From positions 1,434,018 through 1,498,017 of the forward strand of contig MU004187.1 of the NCBI GenBank assembly GCA_010093605.1: a stretch of DNA of 64,000 bases. The letters run 5' to 3'. The DNA comes from Lophium mytilinum (lineage: Eukaryota). The stretch's first letter is position 1. Every line of letters begins with the position of its first letter. Under the pieces are notes generated by a model. The model had not been told where the DNA came from. It made no database searches and saw only the letters and a program-made list of their open reading frames with translations. Below are positions 63,443 to 64,000 of the stretch, piece after piece. A program made the translations under genes and the position numbers.

Positions 63443-64000
63443 AGGAGCATCTTGCAGCAGAGGGGTTGAAGTAGACTAAATTGCGAGTACACACAGGTTG
63501 ATTTTCTGTTCTAATGTTCCTTCCCCTTTTCATTTCCAACTCATACTCTCCCTCAAATATGTGCATTGTTCTCATCACGGCCTCCATCATGACTTTCAGC
63601 TCGTTTTGTTCGTGCGGAAATAGCCTTAGTTTCCTTCCACATCCAATTGCGAACTTCCTAGATCTCGAAACCGCATTCTATGTTGTGGTGACAATCCCAT
63701 GAAATCCTCGCCGGAGAGTGTTCTTTGTGAGCATTGTGGAGAGCAATATTGCTCCGGGCAAGCAGGAAAACACTACATCCACAGCCATCTCCAAGGCCAC
63801 TATGAACATCATTGTACGGGCATTGTATTCAGATGCGAAATCATACCTAAGGTCTCCAGGCACACCAGTTAGCCATTCTCTTACCCAGACACCGCAACCT
63901 CCAATCTCAACTTCCCATAAACAAGCTACCACTGCCAAGTTGCAGACACCCACATTCACACCGCAGAGCGTACCAGGATGGCCTCCCCTCAGCAAACTCA

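Noticed and set aside
63678..63995. Possible 3' end of a minus-strand gene at the window edge
   Set aside because: No recognisable motif and truncated, so it cannot be supported.

Overview
Fungal (Pezizomycotina, probably Dothideomycete; inference) genomic DNA in two compartments. Bases 1 to ~11,730 are an AT-rich block of RIP-mutated transposon relics: two Ty3/Gypsy chromovirus-type pol regions, an unassigned element with a repeated 14-mer, and a Tc1/mariner transposase whose end marks the block border. Bases ~11,900 to 64,000 are gene-dense with spliceosomal introns: PMP3-like proteolipid, 3-hydroxyisobutyrate dehydrogenase, DDB1, P450nor (CYP55), a Cys-rich membrane protein, a microprotein, DUF4202, a WRKY/FAR1-like plus C2H2 protein, ASNSD1-like, VPS9, three Zn2Cys6 TFs, glucosylceramide synthase, an SDR, XPB/SSL2, HID1, an epoxide-hydrolase-like protein and AdoMetDC. 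The most notable features not in the ORF track: (1) the AdoMetDC leader has a spliced AUG uORF, hairpins and a near-cognate-start uORF ending RPP-stop, a candidate polyamine sensor; (2) an intronic box C/D snoRNA; (3) a 175-bp solo LTR with a 5-bp TSD splitting a secreted ricin-B-like gene; (4) a GUG-initiated candidate mitochondrial presequence on P450nor; (5) a 324-nt structured intron with competing pairings. Gene models and family calls were made by eye and from remembered motifs; no searches were run.
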